Assembly: GCA_030390025.1 (NCBI GenBank)
Contig: CM059438.1
Location: 69,504,001 to 69,568,000, forward strand
DNA from: Squalus acanthias
Taxonomy: Eukaryota
Direction: 5' to 3'
DNA: 64,000 nucleotides
Below the pieces are notes generated by a model. The model saw nothing but the letters and a program-made list of their open reading frames with translations. It ran no database searches and was not told where the DNA came from. Shown piece by piece: positions 50,084-62,840 of this stretch. Numbering within the stretch: position 1 is the first letter of the stretch; each line of letters starts with the position of its first letter. The translations under genes were made by a program, and so were the position numbers.

Positions 50084-52101
50084 CTACTTTTTGCCCTTCG
50101 AGGGTGATCTCCTTCCCTTGCGCACTTCCCCCCTTCTAACCCTACTGCTCCTCCGTAATGGGACCTCAGTGGCTGCAGCAAGGCTGGTGGAAGGCTGCTG
50201 CTTGTCAGACCCTGACACTGCAGATGCCCCTGAAGGACGGCCTCGACCACTTCTGGGCCTGGAGGGCCCGGCTGCAGACTGCACCAACTCTGCATGGGCG
50301 GCAGCAGTCTGTCCTACAGGCGGTGGCAAGTGCAGTGGAGAAGTGACAGTGTTGGCAGCAGGAATGCTGTCATCGTGAGAGAGGACAGCAACTCCCTGCT
50401 CGCCCGACACACTGGCACTCCCACGGGGCAGCACTTCAGCATCCGGAGCAATTTGCCTGAGAACAGATTGCTGGCCTGCTGCGGCGCGGTGACAGCCCCG
50501 GGGACATGTGCACGAACCATCGAGGATGGCAGCAGTCAGTGCTCGCGTGGCCTCAATCTGAGTCTGCATGAGAGCAGGCTCAGATGGGTTCCTGGCAGCC
50601 AGTGACTGAATTGCAGCAGTAAGCTTTAGTGTGGCATCCGCCTGTGCTACAGCGAAGTGCTCCACACTCCTTGCCAGTGCCTCAATGCATTCGGGCACCC
50701 TTCCCACTGCACCCATGAGCTCAGTGTGCATGACCACCGCCTGGCTGTTCATTTCTGCAATCAGCCGCTCCTCCTCTGCGTCCATTGCATTAGGAGTGTC
50801 TGGCATACTCTCCCTCTGGGGAGAAGGCTCCCGTTCTTCCCTCCCCCCCCCATGGCGTTGCTGCAGCCCGCTGGGTCCTGGAACTTCACCATCATCAGCC
50901 CCTTCCCCCCTGCTCCCCCGTTCTTCCCTCCCCCCCCCATGGCGTTGCTGCAGCCCGCTGGGTCCTGGAACTTCACCATCATCAGCCCCTTCCCCCCTGC
51001 TCCCCTCCGGGGAAGGCGTGTTCCCAGTGTGGCCATGGGCTTCCTCGGGAGAGGGTGGCACTGATGCTCCGGCTTCCTCTTCCTCCTCAGCTGCAGCATC
51101 ACTCCCAGTGGCAGCTTCAGGGACCATCTCCTCAGCTGGTGAATCGCCATCTGAAAGCAGGGAGGTACAAGAGTGGCTTTAGCGTGAGGACAGGGTGGCA
51201 GTAAGGGAGGAATAAGTGCAGCGAGTTAGCAAGTTGGATTGAAAGTGTCAAAGGCTGGTATTGTGAGGGACAAGTGGAAGGACAGAGGACAAAAAGGTGA
51301 TGACCTTACCATTGCTGTCCACAACGGGGTCAGCGTCTCCAGTGGCGACGGGACCGATCACCCGGCTTGCCACAATCCTGTGGACGCGCTCCTCCAGATC
51401 GCTGAGGGGTTGCAGCTGAAGCCGCCCTCCACCCGTCCGTTGCTGCTGTCTCCGATTATGAGCCAGCTTAGCCTGCAAGAAAAAGGACAGCATCTGAGTC
51501 AATATACAGCCATGGTCTTGCCTGATGTGCCTCCCATAGGTGAATAGCCCTTACAATATGCAGCCATGGTCTTGCCTGATGTGCCTCCCATAGGTGAATA
51601 GCCCTTACAATATGCAGCCATGGTCTTGCCTGATGTGCCTCCCATAGGTGAATAGCCCTTACTGTATGCAGCCATGGTCTTGCCTGATGTGCCTCCCATA
51701 GGTGAATAGCCCTTACTGTATGCAAAGTGTGGAATGTGTGTGTGTGTTTGATGAAAGGGCCATAGGTGTTGGATGAGTGTTGTGCATTGGGGTTTTAAGA
51801 CCCTCTGGCCATAGAGTGAGGTTGAGATGGAGGGATGGAGAGGTATTGAGAAAAAGCCACTCACCCTGACGACCCGAGTGAGGTCGTTGAACTTTTTGCG
51901 GCACTGGACATGGGTCCTGGGCACCATGCTCCTGGAGGAGACGCTCTGAGCCACCTCCCTCCACACTCTTCTGAACTCGCGTGGCAAAGGCCTCCTGCCA
52001 CTCTCTGGGAACAGCATGCATCGTCTGCGCTCCACTGCGTCAACCAGAGCATCCAAGGCCCGCTCGGTGAAGCGATGAGCGCGTTCTCTCACCCTCTCCA
52101 T
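50084..52101 (-). CDS. Harbinger Myb/SANT-like DNA-binding protein, three exons: 52101-51865, 51472-51310, 51150-50084 (about 488 aa)
   Basis: Exon 1 MERVRERAHRFTERALDALV...WREVA...RTHVQCRKKFNDL (MSANTD/trihelix motif) ends AGG|gtgagt (phase 0). Exon 2 ttcttgcag|AKLAHNRRQQQRTGGG... ends G|gtaagg (phase 1). Exon 3 ctttcag|AT joins the frame of ORF 50084..51127. Lengths 237+163+1067=1467 nt, open throughout, with a basic NLS-like C-terminus. Confidence 0.88.
50831..51005 (-). repeat. In-frame 87-bp tandem duplication (29 aa) in Myb/SANT exon 3
   Basis: GSRGEGADDGEVPGPSGLQQRHGGGREER occurs twice; units start at 50831 and 50918. Confidence 0.95.
51507..51722. repeat. 54-bp minisatellite x4 in intron 1 of the Myb/SANT gene
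   Basis: Unit cagccatggtcttgcctgatgtgcctcccataggtgaatagcccttac(aa/tg)tatg starts at 51507, 51561, 51615 and 51669. Confidence 0.97.
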
Positions 52102-53802
52102 GCTTGGCAGCAAAATGGATTACAGGTCTCTCCAGGCTGAGATTCAAGGCTGCAATGAGCAGGGTGTGGCTGGGGAGCAAGTGGCCCCCCCCGCTTTAAG
52201 AAGTGTCCGGCGCCAGTGTGTCTGTGTTCCCGCGCTAACTGGCAGCAGCTGCGCTGCGCTCGTGCGCTGAGTTAGCGCCTCACTCCTAGGCCTTTGCGCC
52301 TTAAGAGAGGTGTGCAGCGCCTAATTTAGCGCTCCACTCACCTCCCGGGGCGGTAAAAGTGAAGTTTCCTGTCAGTGCCGATAATTAGCGCCAGGCGCTA
52401 ATATTTGCGCGCGGACGATATTTGCGCCCCAAATGGGGCGCGACCTAATTTCTACCCCTAAGTATTTTAAACAAAAAATTTATTTTTTGAAAAAATAATT
52501 AAAGTTTTTAACAGGTCTAAAAATAAACTTACCTTTCTTTAAAGTATTTTTAAATATAAATCAGTGGAAATTTTTTAAAAACTTTTTTTCAACTCTTATC
52601 CTGGTAAAAGCAGGCCTTACGCCTGCTTTTACCAGGCGCAAGAATTGGAAGTGTTTTCTGCGGGCGGAGGGTCTCCAAAAAACTGAACTCTCCGCCCGCA
52701 GAGGCCCTGCTCCCGGGCAGCCGGAGGATCTGTCAAGAGCTTTCTTGACGGATGGAAATGCCGGTTTCCAGCGCATGCGCAGTGCATGCCTAAAACTGGC
52801 ATTTCCGTTGGCCCGACGGGTGAGTACACAGCGCGTACCCACCCGTAGGGAACGGAATTTCTGCCTCATGATTAAGGCTTTGGAGATGGTTCAGGGAAGA
52901 ACCACAAGACTGAAATCGAACATCAGAGGACTGGGTTATGAGGAAGAACTAGAGAAACTTGGATTTTCCAGCCTTAAGATGAGACAACTGAGAGGTAACC
53001 TTACAGAGGGATGTAAGATAGTAAAAGATACAGAAAAGATAGATCCAGGACCCTATTCAAACTAAACCATTCGAACAGGACAAGGGGATACAGGTTAAGA
53101 CAAGCAAAAGGCAAATTTAAGAGTAATATCAATAAGTTGTTCCTCACACAAAGTGTCATTAACACATGGAATGAACTTCTGAGTTTAATAGTGGAATGGA
53201 AAGTCAAAGCATAATTTATTAAACAGTTGAATACAATGACTGTAGGGTCTTTGTAGTTGGCTGAATGACCTTCTCATCTATATATATCTTCTCAGTATGG
53301 AAGTTTTATGTTAAATCACTTTTCCAAGTCAAAAGCACATACAATATTCAACAAGTGCCTTGTTTCCCTGCCTGTTAGTATAATCTACCTTCTAAATAAC
53401 CCAAAGAAAGTATAAAAGATTAGGAAAATCATATGCCCAAAAAATTATACCAGCAATGGATTAAAATATTAGTTCCAAACTTCAATATCTCCATTGAAGT
53501 AAATACAGAAAACACATAGCAGGTCAGTCAGCAAGACCAGTTAATATTTCTAGTTGAACTTTCATTAGAACTGGGATGATGTGGCAGAAGAAGCCCCTTT
53601 TTGACCAAGGCTAAGAAGTGAGGGGTGGAGGAGAATCAAAAGTCAGGAGTTCATGTATGCCTGCTGCTTTCACAAAGAGATAGCTGGTGAATTTAGTCGT
53701 CTGCAAATAGATGTTTTTTTAAACTGCAAAAAACTCTGTGAAGTGCAGTATTATACCATGATCATCTCCATCAGATATTTGAAAAGGCAGTGGAAAGATA
53801 AA

Positions 53803-54402
53803 GGCCTAAAAATTCGGTTGCCCCTGAACTAGCGCCTGGGCGTGATGCCGCCAACGCCTCCTGCGAAATTCAGCGGGAGGTTAGCGGCGGCGGTAAACGT
53901 TAGCGCCCCGTAGCGCTGCGCCGCCGCCGATGACTTACCACCGGACGCTATGTTCGACAGGGGTCAGGGGGGGCCTACCTGCGGCCGGGGCGTCGCAAAT
54001 TAACGGGGAGGTGCTGGGCGGCCATTTTTGTCGCTGGCCAGTACCTACCTGCCTCCTCTGCAGCCCCCCCGCTCCGTGAGCCCGGCACTTCTCTTGAGTG
54101 CCAGGCTCTTTTGCCGGCACTCCGATCCCTGGTGGCCTAGTGGGGCCCCGGGTCGCACTGCGCTAGGCCCCTCCCCTTTAAGAAGGGGAGGAAGGCCTGC
54201 AGTACCGTGGCGCGACATGCCGCAGAGCGTGGCGCTGCAGCACGTAGCGCCGCGATATTCACTCGCAGCGCCCCAAGAGGGAGGCGGGGCGCTTCCAGTA
54301 GCACCCTGCTACCCTCTTGGGGTGCTACCGGTGAATTTCGGCCGCGGGGGCGCTAATTTTTTCGGGGCGCCCCGAAGGGAGCGCAACTCAATTTCCCCCC
54401 CC
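53803..54402. mobile_element. CpG-rich Harbinger-like MITE
   Basis: Starts GGCCTAAAAATTC and ends ...caatttcccccc. Contains TTAGCG/GGCGCTAA motifs like the autonomous element's subterminal regions. Right boundary approximate. Confidence 0.7.
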
Positions 54403-56447
54403 CCGCCCGAAGAGTGAGTCAATATGGCTGCAAGTTGAAATACTAGTTCTTATTTCCCAAACCCTCCATAGTCTCATCCATACCCTACCTCTGCAACCTC
54501 ATCCAGCCCTACGATCCAGTGCACCCCTCAACTCTTCTGATCTCATCCCCCCCCCCAATGCCCCGCTCCCCCACGCCACCACCACTTTGTCTTGGCCCTA
54601 CAGCGTGGAACACTCTTCCTAAAACCCTCCACCTTGCAATCTCAACTTCAAAGAACTCCTCAAATCCTATGTGTTTGACTATACCTTTGGTTGCGCCACC
54701 TTCTGATTTTCTTCTGTTAAGCACCTTAGGATGCTTACTGTGAAAGGTACTGTATAGATGTGAGTTGTTGAAGTTTGTATTGGGCTGGCTTGTAGCAGTG
54801 CGCGAGGCAAAAGAATAAATGGAATTGGATTTCAACGTTGTCTCTGGGAAAACATTCAAATCATTAAGATTGTGATATGTCAGTACCGTCATTGCCTCTT
54901 CCTCATGCTGTCTTGTCCGTCTTTAAGAAGACTAATATTTTCCACGTGCTGCATGCCCTCTTTGATGCTTCTGTTTGTGGAGCTGAAGGGTCAAGGGTTA
55001 TCTATCTATGACTTTGGCAGCAAGGATTTAAAATTGTACTACCTGCCTTACCTGTAAGAACTTCTTATTCACTATACCCACGGGGAGCTATAACTGCTCA
55101 GTTGTCCAAAGAATAGGCTACTGAAGGATTAAATTGGTTAGGTTGAATCTATAAACTCTGAATGAGGTACCTACGAATGTAAGCGTCTCATGAACATCAT
55201 GATGGACCAAAGTGAATCAAAATTGATGCACTTTAAAGTGTGCAACAGGGTCTTCTCGTAACCCAAATAACAAAGCTGGCATAGGAAGTGGGTCCAGTAG
55301 TACATTGGAGTAGACTCTGGAAGAAGGGGCTCTGGTTCATAAATTTTGGAGCAGTGAATGTGTGGAACATTTTTGGAAGCATTTTACCCGATAGGTTTGG
55401 ACCCCAGATAACATTCTGACTGAAGCCTGTGTTCCTTGGTATCTTTCTCCATTCACGGGACCCATGCGCAAAATGGAGATCATCTCTTGGTTGTTATAGC
55501 GTTGACAAAATGAAAAATCTCAAACTATTCAAATGTTGTATCTCAGTTACAAGAGGGGAGTCAGAACATTGTTATGGCATGTGTAGCTTACATCCGAGGG
55601 TCCTTTGACAGCTTTAAACCGTGGTTGTCTCCCCGACTCAACATTCCAAAGGTTCCTTTTACATCCAGCAATTCTGCCTTGGGTGTTGAAAGATTCTTGA
55701 ATCTGTTGACTGAGCTGATGGGCTCTATGTCTCCCCCATCTCCTGGGGCTATATGCCAAATTAAGGTTATAGACCTACTTTGTTACAGATGGAGCTAAAA
55801 GTTTGTGTTTGCAGTTGGTAGCTTTTTTACAAAACAGTTTTCTCATTTTACTTAAAAAAAACTACAAACTGCAGCACTGTGTATACAAAAATTAAAAAAC
55901 ACTGCGTAAGACCCTGTTACAAGATCAATAACACACACTTATTTTCCTTGAAAAGCCCTTATGATTGTTAATTTGCAGTTACTAATAACCGATTTGTCAT
56001 GCAGCCGAAGGGGATCCACCTTCAGTTTAAGTAACAGTTTACTTTTAGAAGAACATTACTGAAGAAAGAAAGTGTTGCTTTGTGAGATGCAGTCTGGTTG
56101 CAACATGCTGTTTGGGAGTGAGCCAAATTGTATTATACCTGGGAGCGCAATACAACCAAGTACGATTCATTTCTATGGCCAGGGCTCTGTGCAGACTATG
56201 AATAGGCGTTCAGTGATTGATGTTGCTTTGCTGACATTTTAAATGAGGTCTGAAAGGACTTATTATTGAGATGACCCTGACTGTCTGTTAGTGAATCACT
56301 ACCATTGCAGTAGTTTTGTTTTAAGGAAAGCATGAGCTTAAAAAAAAAAATTCAGTCTGGGTAATGCAAAATACACTTTCAGCATTATCTGAAGCCGTTC
56401 TAAATTAAAAAAAAATGGCTTTGAAATGCTTAGGGAGGTTTTGGCCG

Positions 56448-56713
56448 CAGGGTTGTTAATCCTGCAGTACTGAGCTCGACTCTCCGGGAGTTAAACATTA
56501 ATCTCCTGAACACTGCTGTGAGCCACCCAAGAGAAAATCATAAGGGATTTTAAAAAATGTTTTTTTTTCAATTTTCTATGAATGCTTTAGTTTATTAGAT
56601 ATAAAAATAATGGCGATGGGGGAAAATAGACTGCTTAATTGAGCAGGGCAGTTGAGGTGAGTGGTCATGTGATGAAACCTCCAGAGATATGTCCAACCAA
56701 AGTTGGCAATCCT
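56448..56713. mobile_element. Degenerate hAT (Blackjack-like) MITE
   Basis: Ends CAGGGTTGTTAA / CAGGATTGCCAA (rc), resembling AGGGTTGCCA-type TIRs. Confidence 0.4.
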
Positions 56714-59531
56714 GCCTAGCTGGCGGAGTGGTGAGGGGGTGGACCTGGTGCCATGTAGAACCTCCGGTCACACACTGACTACATCCATGGCCCATCTAAA
56801 TTCCAGGGTGAGGCCAGTGTGTCGAGTGGGTGCTCGCGCCAATCTGGTGCCATAGGGCGCCCATCCCAGTGGTGGGAGGGGTGATGGAATTTCGATGCAG
56901 CATGTTGTGTTGCTGAGGACATCAACAAGGAAAATACATCCCTTACATTGCATTATAATGCTTTTGTCCATTTGTGGGAGGGCAGATTATGCATCCGACC
57001 CTGAAAGTTCTGGGATTTCTGTAAGAACTGGAAAGGGTCAGAACCCTAGTGGATCCAGGGTCTAATCCAAATTATGCCCCTGCCCACTACCAACTGCCCG
57101 CACCCTCCCCCCCCCACCCAACCCCACGATTTTCATGCCAATTTGTTTTTAACTTTAGTTCCTCTCGTCTTATTCCACCTTCCCAGAAGTCTCTCTGCAG
57201 AATATGGCTGTTGACCAGGCCCTGGCCATCTATAGCTGACAACTAGGGCGTCCACATGAGTGGTCCAGGGTGACTGTCCGATTATTTACATGCGTCTCTA
57301 CAGGAGCACAGCTCAGATTGGGCGCTTTCAATATGGGGAATTTTGAAAAGTCAACTGGTGCTGCTGTACTGGTAGGAGTAGCAGTATTTCGTCCAAAGTC
57401 TTAGTACCAGCAGCACCAAGCTTACATCGCACATGAATAGAGGTGAAAAATAGAGAGGGACGGACCTGGAGAGAAATAATGAGGACATTGGAAGCTGGAC
57501 AAATTATATATTTTTAATCAGAAGGATGGAGACCGAGAGATAAAGAGAGAGCCAGATAATAGGATTGGCTGATCCAAGTATGTACAATTTGCAGAATGAA
57601 TTGGATCCAAATCATGTGCAACCTATTCTGGCAGATTTATGCACTATGAATTGGTGCCAGTTTAATCTTGTCCCACCTCGGGGGTTGGTATCACCAGAGC
57701 AATGATTTGAACTCGTGTCAGCGCAAGTAGCAATGCTAAATCGCCCTTTTGCACCAACTGCACTCAACCTGTTGCAGTCTCTCTCTCCAAGTGCTGCAGA
57801 CTGCCCACAATTACGATATATTTTTAAAAAGTTAATCATTTTCTCCTGGAGACCGATATAATGAACCTGCACAAATTAAATGTATAGATTTTGCGTTTCA
57901 GAATAACAGTGACGGACTGGAAGCAAGTCAGAACTCAGAAGTAACACCATCTACACTGGCGGCTTCAAGCTGGCATTCAGCATATCCGGCCTAAAATTGG
58001 CAGTGTAAACAGGGATCTCACACTGAAGTGCATTTAAGACTGAAGTAAGACTTGTTACTTCCCACTGTTTTGACTGACAAGTTGTTGAGGCGCACCCTGC
58101 AGTAAATTGTTCCGACTGACTGACTTCTGCACATTTTAAAACTTTTCTACCTTTGGCCTGATTTGCAGAAATTGTCCAACAGGTGAACTCGAAATCATGA
58201 CATTTTGACGAAAGATGATCATATTTTTAAAACATGCAACTGAAGGATAATTCTGCGCTCCCAGTGTGGAGCCACACTGACACGGAGCTGGGTCGGAGAT
58301 AGGACAACAACATTGCAGGCCTGATTCTCCGGCCTGCACTCCAATTGAATCCTATTTTATCACATTCCATCGTTCATTGTCTCATTGTTTTTGATGGATC
58401 TTTTTGAGTTCTCCCATCTTGGATATTATCCCTGATTCTGCTACTGGTGTTTTCTCACTTCATATCCTGCTATTGTTGACTGTGTTTCTCTGAAGCTCCC
58501 ATCAATATGGGGCTTTTTGAGAACCTAAGCTAGATTTTTCCAGTGCCCATTCAGCACCTGGAATTTTAAAGCAACTTTCCTTGAAGTCAAAATGATAGCT
58601 GTGACTGGCTAAATTCAAAAGTGGGGATTATTTTTCTCAGTTCGTTGCAGTATTTGTTGTAGTCTGTCTGATGCTTTACATATTGTGTGGCAAGGAGTGA
58701 CTGAGTCTTTCAGTTACAGTGGCACCATTGGGCAAATTATCTTTTCTGCACTGGAAATTACGCAAGATCGTAGCTGTGGTGTAGAAGAAATAAATGGCGG
58801 CTATGGTGGGCCCTCCACGGAGCACATCTGGCAATCAAAGGCTGCTCTTGTATTGTGCAATGGCTATGCTAGTAGTAGCTGACCTCACGAAGCATGCTAC
58901 CTGGATTCGCTAAGGCTGATGGCCAGGGAGACCAGGCAGGTATCCTTTTGGATGCAGCCACTGCCATGAGACCTGCATGCCAGGAGCCGGCACCACGAGA
59001 AAAGGTCTTAGCACAAAATAAAGGCAGCTAAAATATGCACAAGAACTGAATGTCAGCACTTATTTCAGACACTATATGGATTACAGAGTCACCTCCAATG
59101 AAAAGTGAGTTATCAGAGGCAACCCTTTAAAGTAAATAACATAATTTGTCAGTTCCCTTTGACAGGGATTTTACTTAGAGCCTCCAATTGCTGCATGTTA
59201 CCATTTGGGCCACTATTTTGGGTCTGGCCGAGGCCAGATTAACCCCTCAACCTACTCATATAGGCCAGTCATGTGTTTTCCACATTGCCGGTGCACGTAC
59301 TTTCCCTCAATATTGGCCAGATTGGCTAAGTTGCATTTGCAACTTTGCAGTAACTGTGGATGCAAAGGATTTGGAATATATAGGATAGGCTCAACAACAA
59401 AGAAAAGCAGATGTGAAATATAAATAAGGTACAGCTGGTACTTTAATGTTGTGTAGCATAGTTGCTGCGAAAGGCGCTTGCAAAGTTTTTGGTTGTAGCA
59501 TCAAATGTCTATCTTCATAATTTATATCTAC

Positions 59532-59828
59532 TGTAACAGGGTGATTGAGGTATGTCAACCATAGGCTGATGAGGGCCCTGATCCCCAAGTAAGGGTATGG
59601 CCCTTTAAGAAGCCTCACCTTTAAGAGGAAAGTATGGCCCCTTTAAGAAGCTCACCTTTAAAAGGTAATTGCAACTGGAGTGGGGAGAGACTTTCCCCAG
59701 CCAGCTGAGCGTACAGGGGTGAGGTTCAAGAGAAGTAAGAAGGCTGAAAGAGGCTGGGCGATGGAGAGTTCTCTCGGACTACTGTTTGTAGGAGAAAGGC
59801 GACTCCGAGATGGTAGGATTGTGTAACA
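59532..59828. mobile_element. Solo LTR (Gypsy-like), 297 bp
   Basis: Termini TGTAAC...GTAACA, 4-bp TSD CTAC at 59528-59531 and 59829-59832, and an internal tandem duplication of gtatggccctttaagaagc.tcacctttaa. Confidence 0.72.
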
Positions 59829-61803
59829 CTACATACTGTCTATGTTCGTACTGCTTCGATTTTCTAAAAGAATTGAGATTAATGCTACCCATCACGACTT
59901 TACTGATGCAAAGCAACACAGGCACCTGAAGCTTTACCAAACTCAGGCTCTGTTTATTATTAAGCAAGTTGCAGGAAGATCTACCAAGCAGTGACCTTGT
60001 CTTACAGTCGTAATGTCTGAGCACAAATGAAAATGAAACAATCAGAAACAATAAAACTACTTGAGTGCTTAGTTGATCTTTTTTATGCTCCTAGATTTTC
60101 ATCATCACCATTCAAGAATTCAATTTTCTATTTCAGCAGCAAGCTCTGAACCTCCATTTGATGCACAAACTGCTTTGATTGCTGAAAATTCCCATTCAAG
60201 CTTATCCCATCTCATCCCATTTAAAAAAAAACGAAGCTCTGTAAATGAGAGCTGCACTACTGTTAAATGGCATAGCTTGTGGCAGGGCAGATTGTGAGGA
60301 ATTGTGGAAGATGGAGAAGGACTAGGAATTTTTAGCTTTGTGCTTTCACTGAAACAATTTTACTTTGCATCTTGCCGATAACTGCAAAATAGATTACCTC
60401 CTATGGTCTTATGAGAGCACAGCGAATGCAAAGAAAAAAAGCTTGGCAGCTCTTCAGCCAGAAGTGGAGGAACATGTCCAGAGGCATGTTCTTGTCCTTG
60501 GCTTACCGGTTTCATAACGTCCAACCAGGGAGCAGGCCGAAAATGAAATGCTGGGAAATGTAGTTTGTGATAGTGGAAAAATACAGTTCAATGTCTGACA
60601 TTACATCAGGGAAATGAAAAATCCAGAAAGTCAGGCAAACCTTTATTCATGCTGTACATGCTTATTTTGGTCATTTTTCAATCAATATGTGAGTGGTGGA
60701 ACAAAAAGGGAATTCAGGAGAAACTTCTTTACCCAGAGAGTGGTTAGAATGTGGAACTCGTTACCACAAAGAGTAGTTGAGGCGACTAGTTTATTGTTAC
60801 CCTTTCCATAATAATAGGCTTAAAAGGAGGGACATATATAATATAATATTACCGATATTGTCATTGGTTTATTTATGTAAAGAACAGCGTGTTAATTTTT
60901 CATTGAGGCTGGCAGTTATAAAATTCTAATGAGATTCGACAACTAATCGAGGGGGTTAAGTCAAACAGATTGATATCTTCACAAAGGGGCAATGTAGACT
61001 TGTTAACCCCTTTAGTTTTTTAGGGATACCAGAAAGAAACACACTCTGTCTCTCAGGCTAATTTATAAAATAACAGTTTCGATTGTGACCTTTTCTTGTT
61101 TTCCTTTTTGAAGAGGTAGATAATAGAATTTCTACTGCATATATTGTTACATAGTTCATCATTTGTTTACTTCACATTTTAACCCTAGAATAAGATCTAA
61201 TGTGATCCTCCATTGGTTATCTGAACTGGAGAGAGCTCCTGTGGAAAATAGGAATACCTCCAGTAGGTTAAACGTAACGAAAATTTGTTATCCTGGGCAC
61301 GTTGCTGAATGTTTACCTAGATATTAAGGCTAGTGAAGACCCTCTCAAACGTAGGAGGGCAGATATTGGTATGCATTGTGCCAATTTTTCGGGCATAAGA
61401 CGGGCACAAAGCATGCCAGTTTAGCAGTGGGACAACCTGCGCCCAACCTGTGCAGATGTTGGTCCCATTGCTAAATTCATGGGGTATCCTGGGTGCACAC
61501 CTAAAACAGGCATTGGCACCTTGAATATGTACATGAGGGGCAATACACCTGTTGAGGAGCCCTTCCAGAAATTTGGCTACCTGCCCCGCTCAGGAATCTT
61601 CAGCGTTCTCGGGTGGCTGCCAACTGAATGTAAAATGTGAAAAGTGTTTAAAACATTCTTGTGTAGTCGGAGGAGCAGGAGCACACCCCAGGAACCAAGA
61701 TGGCGATCGCCCCCACCCATTGCCCGCTCCAACCGCCCCCACCCCCTTTCTGGAACTTGTGAGGGAAGTGAGGTTGAAATGGGAATTGCCTTCAGTTAGT
61801 GGT

Positions 61804-62840
61804 CAACAACAGCAACAACTTATATTTAAATAACGCCTTCAACATAATAAAACGTCCCAAGGCGCTTCACAGGATTATTATCAAACAAAATTTGACACCG
61901 AGCCGCATAAGGAGATATTGGGGCAGATGATTGGTCAAAGAGGTAGGTTTTAAGGAGCGTCTTAAAGGAGGAAAGAGCGGTAGAGAGCCGGAGAGGTTTA
62001 TCATAGAATCATAGAATGGTTACAGAAGGAGGCCATTCGGCCTGTCGAACCCATGCTGGCTCTCTGCAAGCGCACTTCAGCTAGTCCCACTCACCCACCC
62101 TTTTCCCAGGAGGGAATTCCAGAGCTTAGGGCCTTGGCAGCTGAAGGCACAGCCGCCAATGGTGGAGCAATTTAAAATCGGGGATGCGCAACTGGCTAGA
62201 ATTGGAGGAGCGCAGATATCTCGGAGGGTTGTAGGGCTGGAGGAATTTACAGAGATAGGGAGGGGCGAGGCCATGGAGGGGTTTGAAAACAAGGATGAGA
62301 ATTTTAAAATCGAGGTGTTGCTTAATCAAGAGTCAATGTAGGTCAGCAGGCAGAGGAGTGATGGGTGAACGGGACTTGGTACGAGTTAGGACATGGACAG
62401 CAGAGTTTTGGATGACCTCAAGTTTACGGAGAGTGGAAGATGGGAGGCCAGCCAGGAGTGCATTGGAATAGTCGAGTCTAAAGGTAACAAAGGCATGGAT
62501 GAGAGTTTTAGCAGCAGATGATTTGAGGCAGGGACGGAGTCGGGCGATGTTACGGAGATATAAATAAGCAGTCTTAGTGATGGCGTGGATATGTGGTCGG
62601 AAGCTCACCTGAGGGTCAAATACGACACCAAGGTTGCGAGCAGTCTGGTTCAGCCTCAGGCAGTTGCCAGGGAGAATGATGGAGTCGGTGACTAGGGAAC
62701 AGAGTTTGTGGCGGGGACCGAAGACAATGGCTTTGGTCTTCCCAATATTTAGTTGGAGGAAATTTCTGCTCATCTAGTACTGGATGTCGGACAAGCAGTG
62801 TGACAAATCAGAGACAGTGTAGGGGTCGAGAGAGGTGCTG
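61804..62840 (-). mobile_element. L2-type LINE 3' part, interrupted at ~62000-62107 by a CR1 3' tail
   Basis: MSRNFLQLNIGKTKAIVFG...RLDYSNALLAGLP and a (ttg)n tail. The insert begins atcatagaatcatagaat. Confidence 0.9.

Larger units (their letters stand above)
48115..52458 (+). mobile_element. Autonomous PIF/Harbinger DNA transposon, 4344 bp, apparently intact
   Basis: TAA TSD at 48112-48114 and 52459-52461. Imperfect TIRs GGGGTAAAAATT (left) and GGGGTAGAAATT (reverse complement of right). CpG-rich subterminal regions and two convergent genes (DDE transposase and Myb/SANT-like). Confidence 0.95.
47784..52867. mobile_element. MITE of the 11083-11798 family, split by the autonomous Harbinger (parts 47784-48114 and 52462-52867)
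   Basis: Removing the insert restores ...aaataaattaagtattttaaacaaaaaatt..., colinear with 11382-11410. TIRs GGCCCAGAAATTC / GAGGCAGAAATTC. No clean TSD. Confidence 0.88.
47370..53280 (+). mobile_element. Old CR1 LINE 3' fragment split by the MITE/Harbinger (parts ~47370-47783 and 52868-~53280)
   Basis: Degenerate RT C-terminal motifs KLEEVMFRLYSILVRSH before the insert and IKALEMVQGRTTRL...GLGYEEELEKLGFSSLKMRQLRGNL after it. Confidence 0.75.

Noticed and set aside
51507..51722. Repeat array next to a nuclease-like gene, considered as CRISPR-like or a guide array
   Set aside because: Units are contiguous with no unique spacers and lie in a spliceosomal intron. The neighbouring protein is a DDE transposase with no RuvC/HNH motifs.
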